From a virus (Duplodnaviria > Heunggongvirae > Uroviricota > Caudoviricetes): a stretch of 40,825 bases of DNA. A program made the position numbers and the translations under genes. This document shows positions 23,740 through 32,507 of this stretch, piece after piece. The stretch's first letter is position 1. Every line of letters begins with the position of its first letter. The notes below the pieces were generated by a model. It was not told the DNA's origin. It was given only the letters and a program-made list of their open reading frames with translations, and ran no database searches. The stretch lies in IMG/VR virus record IMGVR_UViG_2917398303_000002, positions 1-40,825 of that record. One strand, written 5' to 3'.

Positions 23740-23814
23740 TGGCGGGACAGCGTGGACTCGAACCACGATAAGAAGGTTAACAGCCTTCCGTAATGACCTT
23801 TATACGACTGACCC
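23740..23814 (-). tRNA. tRNA-like gene, predicted anticodon GUU (Asn)
   Basis: Hand-folded cloverleaf: anticodon stem GAAGG/CCTTC with loop CTGTTAA, T arm CGTGG-TTCGAGT-CCACG, 3' CTGTCCC-G-CCA; one acceptor mismatch, short D stem. Confidence 0.55.
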
Positions 23815-23877
23815 AAATAAAAAAAGCCACCGTTGCAACTTAAGAGTCACTAACGGCAGCTTACCCTCTAATTATGG

Positions 23878-24396
23878 CTAAATGGCTAATTGCATGTCAA
23901 GACTTTTAACAGCAACATGCTTAACTTTCTCAACACGTTTACGCATTTTGAAAGCATTTTGCATTGGTTGGTACAAAACAAATAACGACGCTTTCAGGAT
24001 GTCGTCAATTTCATTTCTACAGGTTGCCAGTGAAGGTTTTCTCCATCCCTCGCCACCACGTCCACACATCTTGCGTGGCTTTGCAGTCGCGTGATAGTAG
24101 GATGCAATTGCTCGCTTAGATGAACCATGAGCGTAGTAGCTGAGGAGGATGCCAAAGGCTTTCTTGTCAATGTACATGACGGAATCGACGACCTGAGAAA
24201 TCAACATTCCATCATCATCATTACACATTGGCCTTGTCATAACTCTTCCCGGCTCTACGCTCTCCATGAACTTCGCTATTACGCTGCTCATGCGCTTTTC
24301 CAGACGACCTGAATAAACCCATGCTCCCCACAGTTCAAGCCAGCCATTCAGCCACTCGTGCTGCTCTTTGGTGAGGTTTAGTTCTCTTATGCTCAT
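23878..24396 (-). CDS. Late-gene antiterminator, Q-like (non-lambda Q family)
   Basis: 172 aa with Cys/His cluster; canonical Q position between nin genes and lysis cassette; family assignment from memory only. Confidence 0.6.
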   Translation of the reverse strand: MSIRELNLTKEQHEWLNGWLELWGAWVYSGRLEKRMSSVIAKFMESVEPGRVMTRPMCNDDDGMLISQVVDSVMYIDKKAFGILLSYYAHGSSKRAIASYYHATAKPRKMCGRGGEGWRKPSLATCRNEIDDILKASLFVLYQPMQNAFKMRKRVEKVKHVAVKSLDMQLAI

Positions 24397-24581
24397 CGTC
24401 TTCCCTTTGTGCCTGGCGTGACCATCAGGACGCCGTTAACTATTACGTGACGCTCGCCTTTGCTGTCTCGGTTGTACTTGAGCACTGTTCCTCTTGCGCA
24501 GGAAAGCATCCTCGCCACTTCGGTCTGATTGCCTCGTGTCTGGATAAGAAGCTCTGGTATCGTTTGAATTGTGGCGTTCAT
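24393..24581 (-). CDS. ninH: NinH-like protein
   Basis: ...GNQTEVARMLSCARGTVLKY... resembles lambda NinH HTH region. Confidence 0.6.
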   Translation of the reverse strand: MNATIQTIPELLIQTRGNQTEVARMLSCARGTVLKYNRDSKGERHVIVNGVLMVTPGTKGRR

Positions 24582-24940
24582 ACGTTCTCCAGTTCGGTGA
24601 TTTTTATTCCAAGCCGTCCGCCTGGTACTTTCACACCACGAATTACGCGAATGTCATCGAATTGCTCGTCGTCTTCCGCAAATCCGGCGTGGATAAGGGA
24701 GTCGAGTAAACCTTTCAGGATGTTGTCGAGGTCGCGGCGGCGGGAGTCTGGAACGTCTGCGATGACTTTGATGCGGAGTCGTGATTTGGTGAAAATGTCT
24801 AACTTGAGTTGGCGGATTATTTGCTGAACTTCTTTTCGGTATTTCTGGCCTTTATCGCTGATATAGTATTGGTTTCCCCGTCTTCGCCAGTAGGTATTCA
24901 CCGACGGCGGGTATGGAAGCACAAACTGATATTCGTTCAT
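24578..24940 (-). CDS. rusA: RusA-type Holliday junction resolvase
   Basis: 120 aa; ...PDSRRRDLDN...GRLGIKITE... matches RusA catalytic motifs. Confidence 0.85.
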   Translation of the reverse strand: MNEYQFVLPYPPSVNTYWRRRGNQYYISDKGQKYRKEVQQIIRQLKLDIFTKSRLRIKVIADVPDSRRRDLDNILKGLLDSLIHAGFAEDDEQFDDIRVIRGVKVPGGRLGIKITELENV

Positions 24941-25227
24941 GTCTTAATCTTCCCCTCCTTCAGCAGTATCGCCTGCGTCCTGATTACGCCTTCGAGGTGG
25001 CAAAGTCTGGCGTCTTTGTTGTCGAGGTTATGGGTGCGTCGGTCGATTTCATCGTGACACGCGCTACAAGCCCATGCGCCGATCAGGTCGTCAGGTTTCA
25101 TTCCCGTTCCGCAAATTCCAGCCATCCGGTAATGCGCCAGAACTGTAGTTTCAGGATTGCCATTGCATACGCCGTAAATACGTACCTGGCATTCTCTGCC
25201 GCGCGCTTCTTTGCGTAGGTTAGCCAT
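24937..25227 (-). CDS. YbcO-like protein (DUF1364, putative nuclease)
   Basis: 96 aa; MANLRKEARGRECQVRIYGVCNGNPETTVLAH...CSACHDEIDRR resembles E. coli DLP12 YbcO as recalled. Confidence 0.7.
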   Translation of the reverse strand: MANLRKEARGRECQVRIYGVCNGNPETTVLAHYRMAGICGTGMKPDDLIGAWACSACHDEIDRRTHNLDNKDARLCHLEGVIRTQAILLKEGKIKT

Positions 25228-25419
25228 TTACCTTCCCTCGCAATTGAAGAATTGACTGAAGATCTTTTTTAATAAATATGCGAGTGCGAATTGAGCAGTA
25301 GTTTTCCTTCATTCTGGCGTAGTAATAGTCTTTGCTTAAGCTTGTTGGCATCCGCTGTCATCCAGTCTTTTACAGCAAACTTAATTAACCAGCGGTGGCA
25401 GAGATACCATTTCAGGTAA

Positions 25420-25596
25420 TCACTCATCGTCTTCTTCCTCGTACATTGAGCTATTCGGATCGCTCATCAGTTCTGCGCAGCAATCGGAGCACACGTGAAC
25501 TTCCAGCACATGCAGTTTCTGACCGCAGTTAGCGCACGTTAAAGCCCGCTCGACGCTTTCTTTCTGGTATTGAATGGATTGGGATGGGCTAAGCAT
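25420..25596 (-). CDS. ninF: NinF-like small Cys-rich protein
   Basis: ORF not in supplied track: [58 protein letters not shown]; resembles lambda NinF as recalled. Confidence 0.5.
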   Translation of the reverse strand: MLSPSQSIQYQKESVERALTCANCGQKLHVLEVHVCSDCCAELMSDPNSSMYEEEDDE

Positions 25597-26029
25597 TATT
25601 GACGTCCTGCATCATGAGGAAGACAATCATGGCGGCGCGGAGAGGCGATTCACCGAAGAAGCAGTAGTCAGGAATATTTTCCCATTCCCAACAACCTTCC
25701 TCTAAATCACCTCCTGACCATGCGCACCATTCTTTTTCCGCTGTCATCCACATAGTGCTGATTTTGTTTTCAGTGATGATCGGATATGCGTCTGCTGGGT
25801 TTGCGCATGGGTTAAAGGATCCGCGCTCAACCTCTACTTCAACTGCGTCTCCGTTTACAATGTCTCCCTCAAATGAGACAAACATCATATCGCCATTCTC
25901 ACCTTCTTTGTAATCCGGTGATCCGTTATGAATGGCTTCGAATACCGCCACGTTAATTTCAAAATCACTTAACTGTGAATAATCCATTGTCATTTCCTCG
26001 CACGATGTCTTAGCCACCGGATATCCCAC
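25589..26029 (-). CDS. Hypothetical nin-region protein (146 aa, acidic, Trp/Cys-rich)
   Basis: ORF in nin-region orientation between NinE and NinF. Confidence 0.5.
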   Translation of the reverse strand: MGYPVAKTSCEEMTMDYSQLSDFEINVAVFEAIHNGSPDYKEGENGDMMFVSFEGDIVNGDAVEVEVERGSFNPCANPADAYPIITENKISTMWMTAEKEWCAWSGGDLEEGCWEWENIPDYCFFGESPLRAAMIVFLMMQDVNNA

Positions 26030-26166
26030 AGGTGAGCCGTGTAATTGAAGGTTTTTACGTCAGATTCTTTGGGGATTGGCTTGCGTTTATTTCTGGAGCG
26101 TTTCGTTGGAAGGTATTTGCAGTTTTCGCAGATGATGTCGGTGATACTTCGTCGCTGTCGCCTCAT
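25990..26166 (-). CDS. ninE: NinE-like protein (start at internal Met [10 protein letters not shown])
   Basis: [58 protein letters not shown] resembles lambda NinE as recalled. Confidence 0.6.
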   Translation of the reverse strand: MRRQRRSITDIICENCKYLPTKRSRNKRKPIPKESDVKTFNYTAHLWDIRWLRHRARK

Positions 26167-26603
26167 GCCGCCCTGTCTCCCCATCTTGCTTTCCACTCCA
26201 GAGCCAGTCGCGCTTCGTCTGACCACTTAACGCCATGTTCTGTACCGAATGCCTGTATAAGCTCTAATAGCTCCGCGAATTCGCTTACACGCATCCTGCT
26301 GGTTGACTGGCCTATTACCACAAAGCCATTCCCGGCAAGGTTAGGAACAACGTCCTGCTGCTTTAATGCTGCGGTAAACACACACTTCCAGCTTTCTGCA
26401 TCCAGCCAGCGACCATGCCATTCAACCTGACGAGAGACGTCACCAAGGCAAGCCCAAAGCTTTCGATTCTGGTCTAAGCTGCGGTTGCGTTCCTGAATGG
26501 TTACTACGATTGGTTTGGTTGGGTCTGGAAGAATTTGCTGTACTGCGTGAATTGCGTTTTGCTGATGTGCCGGAGATCGAATTTCAAAGGTTAGTTTTTT
26601 CAT
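26163..26603 (-). CDS. ninB: NinB (Orf family recombination mediator)
   Basis: 146 aa; [51 protein letters not shown]... near-identical to lambda NinB as recalled. Confidence 0.85.
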   Translation of the reverse strand: MKKLTFEIRSPAHQQNAIHAVQQILPDPTKPIVVTIQERNRSLDQNRKLWACLGDVSRQVEWHGRWLDAESWKCVFTAALKQQDVVPNLAGNGFVVIGQSTSRMRVSEFAELLELIQAFGTEHGVKWSDEARLALEWKARWGDRAA

Positions 26604-26620
26604 GACTTCCCTCTCCCCAA

Positions 26621-26651
26621 AATAAAAAGGCCTGCGATTACCAGCAGGCCT
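26621..26651 (-). terminator. Rho-independent terminator between replication genes and nin region (tR2-like position)
   Basis: Minus-strand perfect 8-bp hairpin AGGCCTGC-N8-GCAGGCCT followed by TTTTATTTT. Confidence 0.55.
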
Positions 26652-26680
26652 GTTATTAGCTCAGTGATGTAGATGGTCAT

Positions 26681-28561
26681 TTAATACTCCGTCACGTTTT
26701 CCTGTCGCCACGCCTCGTCATATTCCGATTTCGGCATATTGGCGATGTAGCTATATGGCGATCCTGATTCAAGTTGCAGGAACTGGTGCGATTGCTCGTC
26801 AAGGAACAACGGGACACCACCTTCCCAACCTTCGCCGTTACGTTGTTTTTCAAGCATCAAAACAGATGCCGGAGATGCCAGTAGCTGTTCGTCCTTCTCT
26901 GACATCTTTTCACCACTCTGAACTCTCTGTAACGCTCTCTCGCGAGCCTTGTTACGCCAGATGATGAAAAGGTTGTCTGTCAGGTCTGTTATCGCTCCAG
27001 AGCCTTTTACGTCCATTTTCCCGGTTGGTTTTTCTTCGCTGTCTCCTTTTCGCGAGTGAGTAACGAGAATGACGTGGGAGTTTGTTTTGTTTTTGAAGTC
27101 GCAAATCGAGTCAACAAACGCCTTCTGCCCGTTATAGTCATCGTCGCCTATGCCACATTTCATCAGGCTGTCGATGATGAATAACTGGATCCCGTATCGG
27201 CGGCGAGCGTAGTCGAATATTTCGATCAGCCTGTCGGCTTTCGCCGTTCCGGTCAGGCCAAACACCCAAAGTCTTTCGTCATAAAATTTAAATGCAGAGT
27301 CAATTTCCAGCACTGGCGGCATCTTGCAGCACGTTGCCTGACGGGTAAGTCGCTTAAGGAGAATGCCTGGCTTCAGCTCAAGTGATGCAATGCAGGTCTT
27401 TACACCCTGACGCATTGCCTCAAGTGCCATATGCCCGACAACCTCCGTTTTTCCGTGACCGTTCACACCATTGACCAGCGTCAACTCTGCCTCACGGAAC
27501 TGGAATTTATCTGCCAGAGATTCCCACGGTGGATTAAACAGATACTGCTGCTTGCCGTAGAAAGCGTTGATAGTGTCCTGGTAAAACTCTCGCGCGCTGT
27601 AGAGTTCTTCAGGATCGAAGTAGGATGCCGTGCCGATGTACTGCCAGATTTCATCCTCGGTAACACCGTTCATCAGGCATTCGTTGATGTCTTTGTACGG
27701 CAGAGTAACAAGACGGCAACGATGTTCACCGAGTCGGCTTGCGATTTCCCTTGCGGCTTCACGACCAACATCATCAACGTCCATCGAGATGAATATTTCC
27801 TCAAACCTGTCGAGGTTGTGATACTCAAACTCAATCCACTGTTGCTTAGCGCCTTTCCCGCCACCAAACGGCACGGATAACGCCGAGATGCCGTATTGCG
27901 CATAGCTCATACAATCAATTTCGCCTTCGCAAAGTACAACCGCCCTCACGCCAGCGTCCAGAGCCTGCCATCCAAACAGACAAGGTTCGCAATCACCTTC
28001 TGCCATAATGACTTTCTTCCCGTCCGGTCGCTCAGTGCTGATTCGCTTGACCTGCAACAACTCACCATCGCGTTTGTACGGAAGCACCAGTGCATCAAGT
28101 TCTCGTTCTCCATTCCACACCTTGCCGCTGACAACCTCGTAGCGCTTTACGACTTCTGGCGATATGCCACGCGATTGCAGGTACTCAAGATGGGATTCTG
28201 TTCTGGTAACGTAGCGGGCGATTTTCTTGCGGTCAGGTCTGGAGAATTTCTTCTCACGTTTGGCATCGAAATGGTGATCGTCATCCTTGATTCCGAGAAA
28301 GGCTTTCGCTTCCTGCATAGCCTGATGCAGGTTAATTCCACGACATGCCATCCACAAATCAAGCATGTCACCGCCGTCTCCCTCAGCGAAATCAGCCCAT
28401 TTTTTCTTGCCGCTAAGGTTGACCTTAAGGCTGTTTCCCTTGTCACCGTTGACGTTACCGGCAACCCACTCATGCCCCTCTTTCTTGCCGTTTGGCAACA
28501 GGTGCGGAGCCACCCTGTCAACCTGCGCCCAAAGCAGGTCGCTAAGTTCACTTGGCGTCAT
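26681..28561 (-). CDS. Bifunctional primase/helicase (N-terminal primase-like, C-terminal DnaB/RecA-like ATPase)
   Basis: 626 aa; Walker A NGVNGHGKTE and Walker B-like LFIIDSL in C-terminal half; replaces the separate P22 gene 18/12 pair. Confidence 0.75.
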   Translation of the reverse strand: MTPSELSDLLWAQVDRVAPHLLPNGKKEGHEWVAGNVNGDKGNSLKVNLSGKKKWADFAEGDGGDMLDLWMACRGINLHQAMQEAKAFLGIKDDDHHFDAKREKKFSRPDRKKIARYVTRTESHLEYLQSRGISPEVVKRYEVVSGKVWNGERELDALVLPYKRDGELLQVKRISTERPDGKKVIMAEGDCEPCLFGWQALDAGVRAVVLCEGEIDCMSYAQYGISALSVPFGGGKGAKQQWIEFEYHNLDRFEEIFISMDVDDVGREAAREIASRLGEHRCRLVTLPYKDINECLMNGVTEDEIWQYIGTASYFDPEELYSAREFYQDTINAFYGKQQYLFNPPWESLADKFQFREAELTLVNGVNGHGKTEVVGHMALEAMRQGVKTCIASLELKPGILLKRLTRQATCCKMPPVLEIDSAFKFYDERLWVFGLTGTAKADRLIEIFDYARRRYGIQLFIIDSLMKCGIGDDDYNGQKAFVDSICDFKNKTNSHVILVTHSRKGDSEEKPTGKMDVKGSGAITDLTDNLFIIWRNKARERALQRVQSGEKMSEKDEQLLASPASVLMLEKQRNGEGWEGGVPLFLDEQSHQFLQLESGSPYSYIANMPKSEYDEAWRQENVTEY

Positions 28562-28668
28562 GATTCCCTCAGATTGAGATTTTTAAACCAGAAATCGACA
28601 AACGAAATACTTAACCAGCCGTGGTTATAACCAGCGACCAGTAGCGATTTGATTTTTGATTTCATGGT

Positions 28669-29529
28669 TCACCTGTCGAAAAACACGTAGCCAGTTTTCG
28701 ATACGGTGATTGCGGATGATGGTTTGGATTGTGGTTGAATGGTTTCTGGCTTCTCGTCGTTCCAGCGCTGACCGTTCAGGTAGCTCGATGGTAACAACCT
28801 GTCGAATCCGAACTGCTTACCATTCCTGCATGCGATGTCTTCTGCCAGCATCGTGGCAAACTCTCTTGCCGTACCCCTGGTAGTTTTACGCCATTCCCTG
28901 AACTGTGTTCTGAATGCCGAAGCTGCGTTTTTCTTCCCGGCTTTCCGCATGCCTGCACACCAGAATATTTCCTCGAATGCCTTGTCGGTTTCTTCGTGAC
29001 GGTCAGATGATTTTTCACACTCCGTCCGAACAATTTCGGACATAGTGTTTTTATTATTTCTTTTTTCTTTTGTAATAGTTTCTTTTGTGTGTCCCTGTTT
29101 TGGTGACAGCGCTGTCACCGTTTTGGTGACACTTTTTGTCACCAATGCAGTGACATTATCACCAGAGTAGTGACACCCTTCGATTTGCCATTCCTCGATG
29201 TTCTTGTTAGGCCCGATTTGCTGGCCTTCGCGAAGGATAACCTTCATCGCGATAAGCTCATTCTTGGCCTTGTTTACCTTCTGTCTTGGCAGCCTGGTAA
29301 TTTGAGCTAACTGACTATCAGAGATGCGATCCATCTTTTTACCGTAGCCGTATGTTTTACGGCATATGGCGTGGGCAACCTTGCTCTGATTTTTCGTTAA
29401 ATCTGCGCCGATAAGCTCTTCATACAGGGCATTTGCAAGACGGGTATAACCATCTTCAACTTCTGCCACACGACGCTCCACAGGCCGTTGTGAAGGTCTT
29501 AAATGTGTTACGGTTGCAAGATTACTCAT
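28669..29529 (-). CDS. Replication initiator, lambda O-like N-terminal domain, with ori iterons inside the gene
   Basis: N-terminus ...[58 protein letters not shown]...GPNKNIEEW resembles lambda O N-terminal domain; internal [10 protein letters not shown] linker encoded by iterons. Confidence 0.75.
   Translation of the reverse strand: MSNLATVTHLRPSQRPVERRVAEVEDGYTRLANALYEELIGADLTKNQSKVAHAICRKTYGYGKKMDRISDSQLAQITRLPRQKVNKAKNELIAMKVILREGQQIGPNKNIEEWQIEGCHYSGDNVTALVTKSVTKTVTALSPKQGHTKETITKEKRNNKNTMSEIVRTECEKSSDRHEETDKAFEEIFWCAGMRKAGKKNAASAFRTQFREWRKTTRGTAREFATMLAEDIACRNGKQFGFDRLLPSSYLNGQRWNDEKPETIQPQSKPSSAITVSKTGYVFFDR
29041..29180. repeat. Candidate replication origin: AT-rich tract plus about 7 GTGACA/TGTCAC iterons within the O-like gene
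   Basis: ttttggtgacagcgctgtcaccgttttggtgacactttttgtcaccaatgcagtgacattatcaccagagtagtgacaccc preceded by AT-rich catagtgtttttattatttcttttttctttt. Confidence 0.6.
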
Positions 29530-29668
29530 GACCTTTCTCCTTCTGCATCAGCTTCACCTTTTCCAACTCAGCCCGGAATCGACCAGGCTGCTTGAAGCTG
29601 GACAGGAAGCGATCACGTAGTATGTGTTTGTGAATTTTGTCCTGGTAAGGATTGAGTTGTTTTGTCAT
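29526..29668 (-). CDS. Small hypothetical protein (47 aa) between cII and O-like gene
   Basis: ORF not in track ([21 protein letters not shown]...), ATGA overlap with O-like start. Confidence 0.3.
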
Positions 29669-29700
29669 AATGACTCCTGTGGATTGATCCAGTAATTCCC

Positions 29701-29997
29701 TCAGAATTGCATATCAATTTGCTCAGAATCCTCGGTGGCAGCCGGGGATTTTTTCTTTGTGATTCCATCCAATGCATACTTAAATGCTCTGCTAATCGGA
29801 CTGATGTCTGATGCCATTCCAAAAGCACACAGAACCGAAGCAATAAACCTCCAGTCCGTTCTGCTTATCTTCGATTCATGACAGCCAATCATCTTTGCCA
29901 GACCGCGCTGGGTAAGCGTTGACAGGTTGATGAGTAAATCAGTTTCAGCGCGATCAATTTCTCGCTGTGTTGGCTTGCTGTAGCTTGCTTGTGCCAT
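29701..29997 (-). CDS. cII: CII-like transcriptional activator (lambda cII / P22 c1 family)
   Basis: 98 aa; HTH ...KISRTDWRF... and C-terminus [18 protein letters not shown] resemble lambda CII C-terminus KKRPAATERSEQIQMEF. Confidence 0.8.
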   Translation of the reverse strand: MAQASYSKPTQREIDRAETDLLINLSTLTQRGLAKMIGCHESKISRTDWRFIASVLCAFGMASDISPISRAFKYALDGITKKKSPAATEDSEQIDMQF

Positions 29998-30066
29998 TTG
30001 TTAATTTTCCTATATTGATATTGAGTTATAGCGGCACACCCAATGGATTTGCCGCTGATGTTTGCT

Positions 30067-30105
30067 CACCCGGTTAGAGGTGAAAGGCCAGAACTGTTAA
30101 AGAGC
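30067..30105 (-). promoter_or_regulatory. nutR candidate (boxA GCTCTTTAA plus boxB-like hairpin)
   Basis: Minus-strand TGCTCTTTAA 8 nt downstream of cro stop, followed by CACCT-CTAACC-GGGTG hairpin. Confidence 0.5.
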
Positions 30106-30112
30106 AATTTGC

Positions 30113-30298
30113 TTATGCCGCTTGGCGGTAAGCACTTTCTTGATACTTCAGGGCGCCAGCTGTAACGATTTCCAATCGATAGGCGTCTTTCTCTGGGATA
30201 ACTTCTTTCCACTGAGAGACTGCTGCATCGCTAATGCCTAGTGCTTTAGCAACAGCACGCTGGGTTCCGAAGTGGTCAATAACATCTTTTTTGTACAT
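30113..30298 (-). CDS. cro: Cro repressor, P22-type
   Basis: 61 aa MYKKDVIDHFGTQRAVAKALGISDAAVSQWKEVIPEKDAYRLEIVTAGALKYQ... matches P22 Cro as recalled. Confidence 0.9.
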   Translation of the reverse strand: MYKKDVIDHFGTQRAVAKALGISDAAVSQWKEVIPEKDAYRLEIVTAGALKYQESAYRQAA

Positions 30299-30312
30299 AG
30301 ACTCGCTCCGAA

Positions 30313-30378
30313 ATTAAAGAACACTTAAATTATCCACCAAAGGAATCTTAAGTCAAGTTTATTTAAGATGTCTTAACT
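30313..30378. promoter_or_regulatory. OR operator region with divergent PR/PRM promoters; at least two 18-bp P22-type operator sites
   Basis: ATTAAAGAACACTTAAAT (30313-30330) and ATTTAAGATGTCTTAACT (30361-30378) fit the P22 operator pattern ANTNAAG-N4-CTTNANT. Confidence 0.65.
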
Positions 30379-31029
30379 ATGAATACACAACTGATGGGTG
30401 AGCGTATTCGCGCTCGCAGAAAAGAACTCAAGATTAGGCAGGCAGCCCTTGGCAAGATGGTTGGCGTGTCTAATGTTGCTATTTCCCAATGGGAGCGATC
30501 TGAAACTGAGCCCAATGGCGAAAACCTATTGGCCTTAGCCAAGGCTTTGCAGTGCTCCCCTGATTACCTGTTGAAAGGAGAGGATAGTCTTTCAAACATT
30601 GCCTATCACAGCAGGCATGATCCAAGAGGTTCGTATCCTCTAATTAGTTGGGTAAGCGCAGGATGTTGGATGGAAGCTGTAGAGCCATATCATAGGCGTG
30701 CAATAGATAACTGGTACGACACAACGGTAGATTGTTCTGAAGACTCTTTTTGGCTCGACGTTAAAGGCGACTCAATGACTGCCCCGGCAGGACTGAGTAT
30801 TCCTGAGGGGATGATTATTCTCGTCGACCCAGAAGTCGAACCACGTAATGGAAAGCTGGTAGTCGCCAAACTTGAAGGAGAAAACGAGGCGACATTCAAA
30901 AAATTAGTTATTGATGCCGGTAGAAAATTCCTGAAACCACTCAATCCACAATACCCAATGATTGAAATCAATGGGAACTGTAAAATTATTGGCGTTGTCG
31001 TTGATGCCAAGCTAGCAAACCTTCCTTAA
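30379..31029 (+). CDS. c2: C2 repressor, P22-type (CI-family, LexA-like autocleavage domain)
   Basis: 216 aa; MNTQLMGERIRARRKELKIRQAALGKMVGVSNVAISQWERSETEPNGENLLALAKALQCSPDYLLKG... matches P22 C2 as recalled; C-terminal GDSM..K peptidase motif. Confidence 0.9.
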   Translation: MNTQLMGERIRARRKELKIRQAALGKMVGVSNVAISQWERSETEPNGENLLALAKALQCSPDYLLKGEDSLSNIAYHSRHDPRGSYPLISWVSAGCWMEAVEPYHRRAIDNWYDTTVDCSEDSFWLDVKGDSMTAPAGLSIPEGMIILVDPEVEPRNGKLVVAKLEGENEATFKKLVIDAGRKFLKPLNPQYPMIEINGNCKIIGVVVDAKLANLP

Positions 31030-31049
31030 GGGGCTTTCGCCCCTTTTTT
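31030..31049 (+). terminator. Rho-independent terminator immediately after c2
   Basis: GGGGC-TTTC-GCCCC followed by TTTTTT. Confidence 0.7.
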
Positions 31050-31093
31050 ATTTCCCGTTAAAAATCAAAGACAAGCTAAATTTAGGCCCACAA

Positions 31094-31147
31094 AATTAAG
31101 TTTTCTTTAAAAATACACTTGACCAATAAATTAAGAAGTCTTAAATT
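31094..31147 (+). promoter_or_regulatory. OL operators and PL promoter candidate
   Basis: Operator-like AATTAAGTTTTCTTTAAA (31094-31111) and AATTAAGAAGTCTTAAAT (31129-31146); TTGACC (31119-31124) N17 TAAATT (31142-31147). Confidence 0.55.
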
Positions 31148-31192
31148 TAAGCCATCAGCAGGACGCTGGAAGCCAAACGGAACAGATTGGCA

Positions 31193-31232
31193 GGCTCTTT
31201 AACATCGACGAACTCTCAACCTAACCGTTGAG
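31193..31232 (+). promoter_or_regulatory. nutL candidate (boxA GCTCTTTAA plus boxB-like hairpin)
   Basis: GCTCTTTAA at 31193-31201; hairpin TCTCAAC-CTAACC-GTTGAGA at 31213-31232. Confidence 0.5.
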
Positions 31233-31343
31233 ACCAGAACTTGAGTGGTTTTGGGGATGGCGCGAATTGCAGCTGCAAGACAGCGATCGAGAAGATAAGC
31301 ACCTCGACGCGTCATGCGCCAAAGCCACTTAAAGGAGACCATC

Positions 31344-31649
31344 ATGGTAACCATAGTCTGGAAAGAATCCAAAGGTACAGCAAAAAGCCGCTACAAAGCT
31401 CGCAGAGCAGAACTTATTGCCGAGCGACGCAGTAATGAAGCACTGGCGCGAAAAATTGCGCTAAAGCTCTCTGGTTGCGTCAGAGCAGACAAAGCAGCAT
31501 CACTAGGAAACCTTTGCTGCAAGAAGGAAGAGGAAGTCGAGCGTAAACAGAACCGTATTTACTACCGCAAGCCACACAGTGAAATGGGCGTAACATGCTC
31601 AGGCCGCCAGAAGCAACGCGGAAAATCAATTCCAGCTTATTACGATTGA
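31344..31649 (+). CDS. N: N-like transcription antiterminator (start at Met preceded by AAGGAG)
   Basis: Arg-rich N-terminal motif (AKSRYKARRAELIAERR) and C-terminus ...GVTCSGRQKQRGKSIP resembling lambda N C-terminus; first gene of PL operon. Confidence 0.65.
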   Translation: MVTIVWKESKGTAKSRYKARRAELIAERRSNEALARKIALKLSGCVRADKAASLGNLCCKKEEEVERKQNRIYYRKPHSEMGVTCSGRQKQRGKSIPAYYD

Positions 31650-31657
31650 GGTGAGAT

Positions 31658-31909
31658 ATGGAATTTCATGAAAGTGCGATTTGTGATTTTCGCGCTAACG
31701 CAAATTCAGTAAAACCACAGCCAATTGCAGTTCTTTTTAAAACAATGGGTGCGTGGGCTGTTTTATGCTTCGCCGCTGACGACACTGACGCAAGAATGGC
31801 AATAGGCCAAGAGATGGAGATGGACCCGACAAACGATGAATTCATAATTTATGGCGCTCCATCTAATTACTTACTTGATACCTGCAACATTTACAACAAG
31901 GCTGCCTGA
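31658..31909 (+). CDS. Hypothetical early-left protein (83 aa)
   Basis: ORF immediately downstream of N. Confidence 0.4.
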   Translation: MEFHESAICDFRANANSVKPQPIAVLFKTMGAWAVLCFAADDTDARMAIGQEMEMDPTNDEFIIYGAPSNYLLDTCNIYNKAA

Positions 31910-31924
31910 TGGTGGCCTTTATTT

Positions 31925-32119
31925 TTGGCACAAACAACAGAGGCTAACATGGAATTTAAAGGTACTAGGAAAAATTGGCGAGAAGCCAATTTTGCAGGCT
32001 TAATTTTATTTTCACACCCGGGAATGGCCCTATCCGGTAAAGAAACAGAAGAGGCCGTAGCAAATGGAAGATTAGCTATGGCTGCACCGGATTTACTTGA
32101 AGCACTTCAGTTATTATAA
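31925..32119 (+). CDS. Hypothetical early-left protein (64 aa)
   Basis: ORF in operon orientation. Confidence 0.3.
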   Translation: MAQTTEANMEFKGTRKNWREANFAGLILFSHPGMALSGKETEEAVANGRLAMAAPDLLEALQLL

Positions 32120-32215
32120 GCAAGCCGAAAATAGAACAACGACAACATATCCAGAATGGTATGGAGCTGTTAATAAGGCTCGCGAAGCTATCAAAAAAGC
32201 CATAGGTGATGAGTA

Positions 32216-32374
32216 ATGAATAAGAAATACATTGTTGAAGTTATAGAGCGAGAAACGAAAGAAGCAATTAAACATTTCGAATTTGATAATTATAGAAAAG
32301 CTGACCGCGTAGAAGAAGGATTGTTGCGACAAAGTAATCTCGAAAAATTTGATGTTGTCATGCGATGCGAATAA
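32216..32374 (+). CDS. Small hypothetical protein (52 aa)
   Basis: ORF not in track (MNKKYIVEVIERETKEAIKHFEFDNYRK...), followed by terminator. Confidence 0.3.
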   Translation: MNKKYIVEVIERETKEAIKHFEFDNYRKADRVEEGLLRQSNLEKFDVVMRCE

Positions 32375-32466
32375 GCGACTATAGCAGATTTACGAGTCTG
32401 CTATGTGAGCAATGTCGCTCGTAACTAAACAGGAGCCGACTTGTTCTGATTATTGGAAATCTTCTT

Positions 32467-32494
32467 TGCCCTCCAATGTGAGGGCAGTTTTTTT
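32467..32494 (+). terminator. Rho-independent terminator within early-left operon (tL-like)
   Basis: TGCCCTC-CAATGT-GAGGGCA followed by G TTTTTTT. Confidence 0.6.
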
Positions 32495-32507
32495 GACGGA
32501 GTAAACG

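Noticed and set aside
27431-28630. Plus-strand ORFs (149 aa and 244 aa) inside the primase-helicase gene
   Set aside because: Antisense to a 626-aa gene with clear Walker motifs; no start signals.
29613-29843. 76-aa ORF from the track overlapping cII
   Set aside because: It overlaps the well-supported cII reading frame in another frame; a 47-aa ORF (29526-29668) fits the cII-to-O gap better.
30690-31010. 106-aa antisense ORF inside c2
   Set aside because: Lies entirely within the confidently identified c2 repressor gene on the opposite strand; no independent signals.
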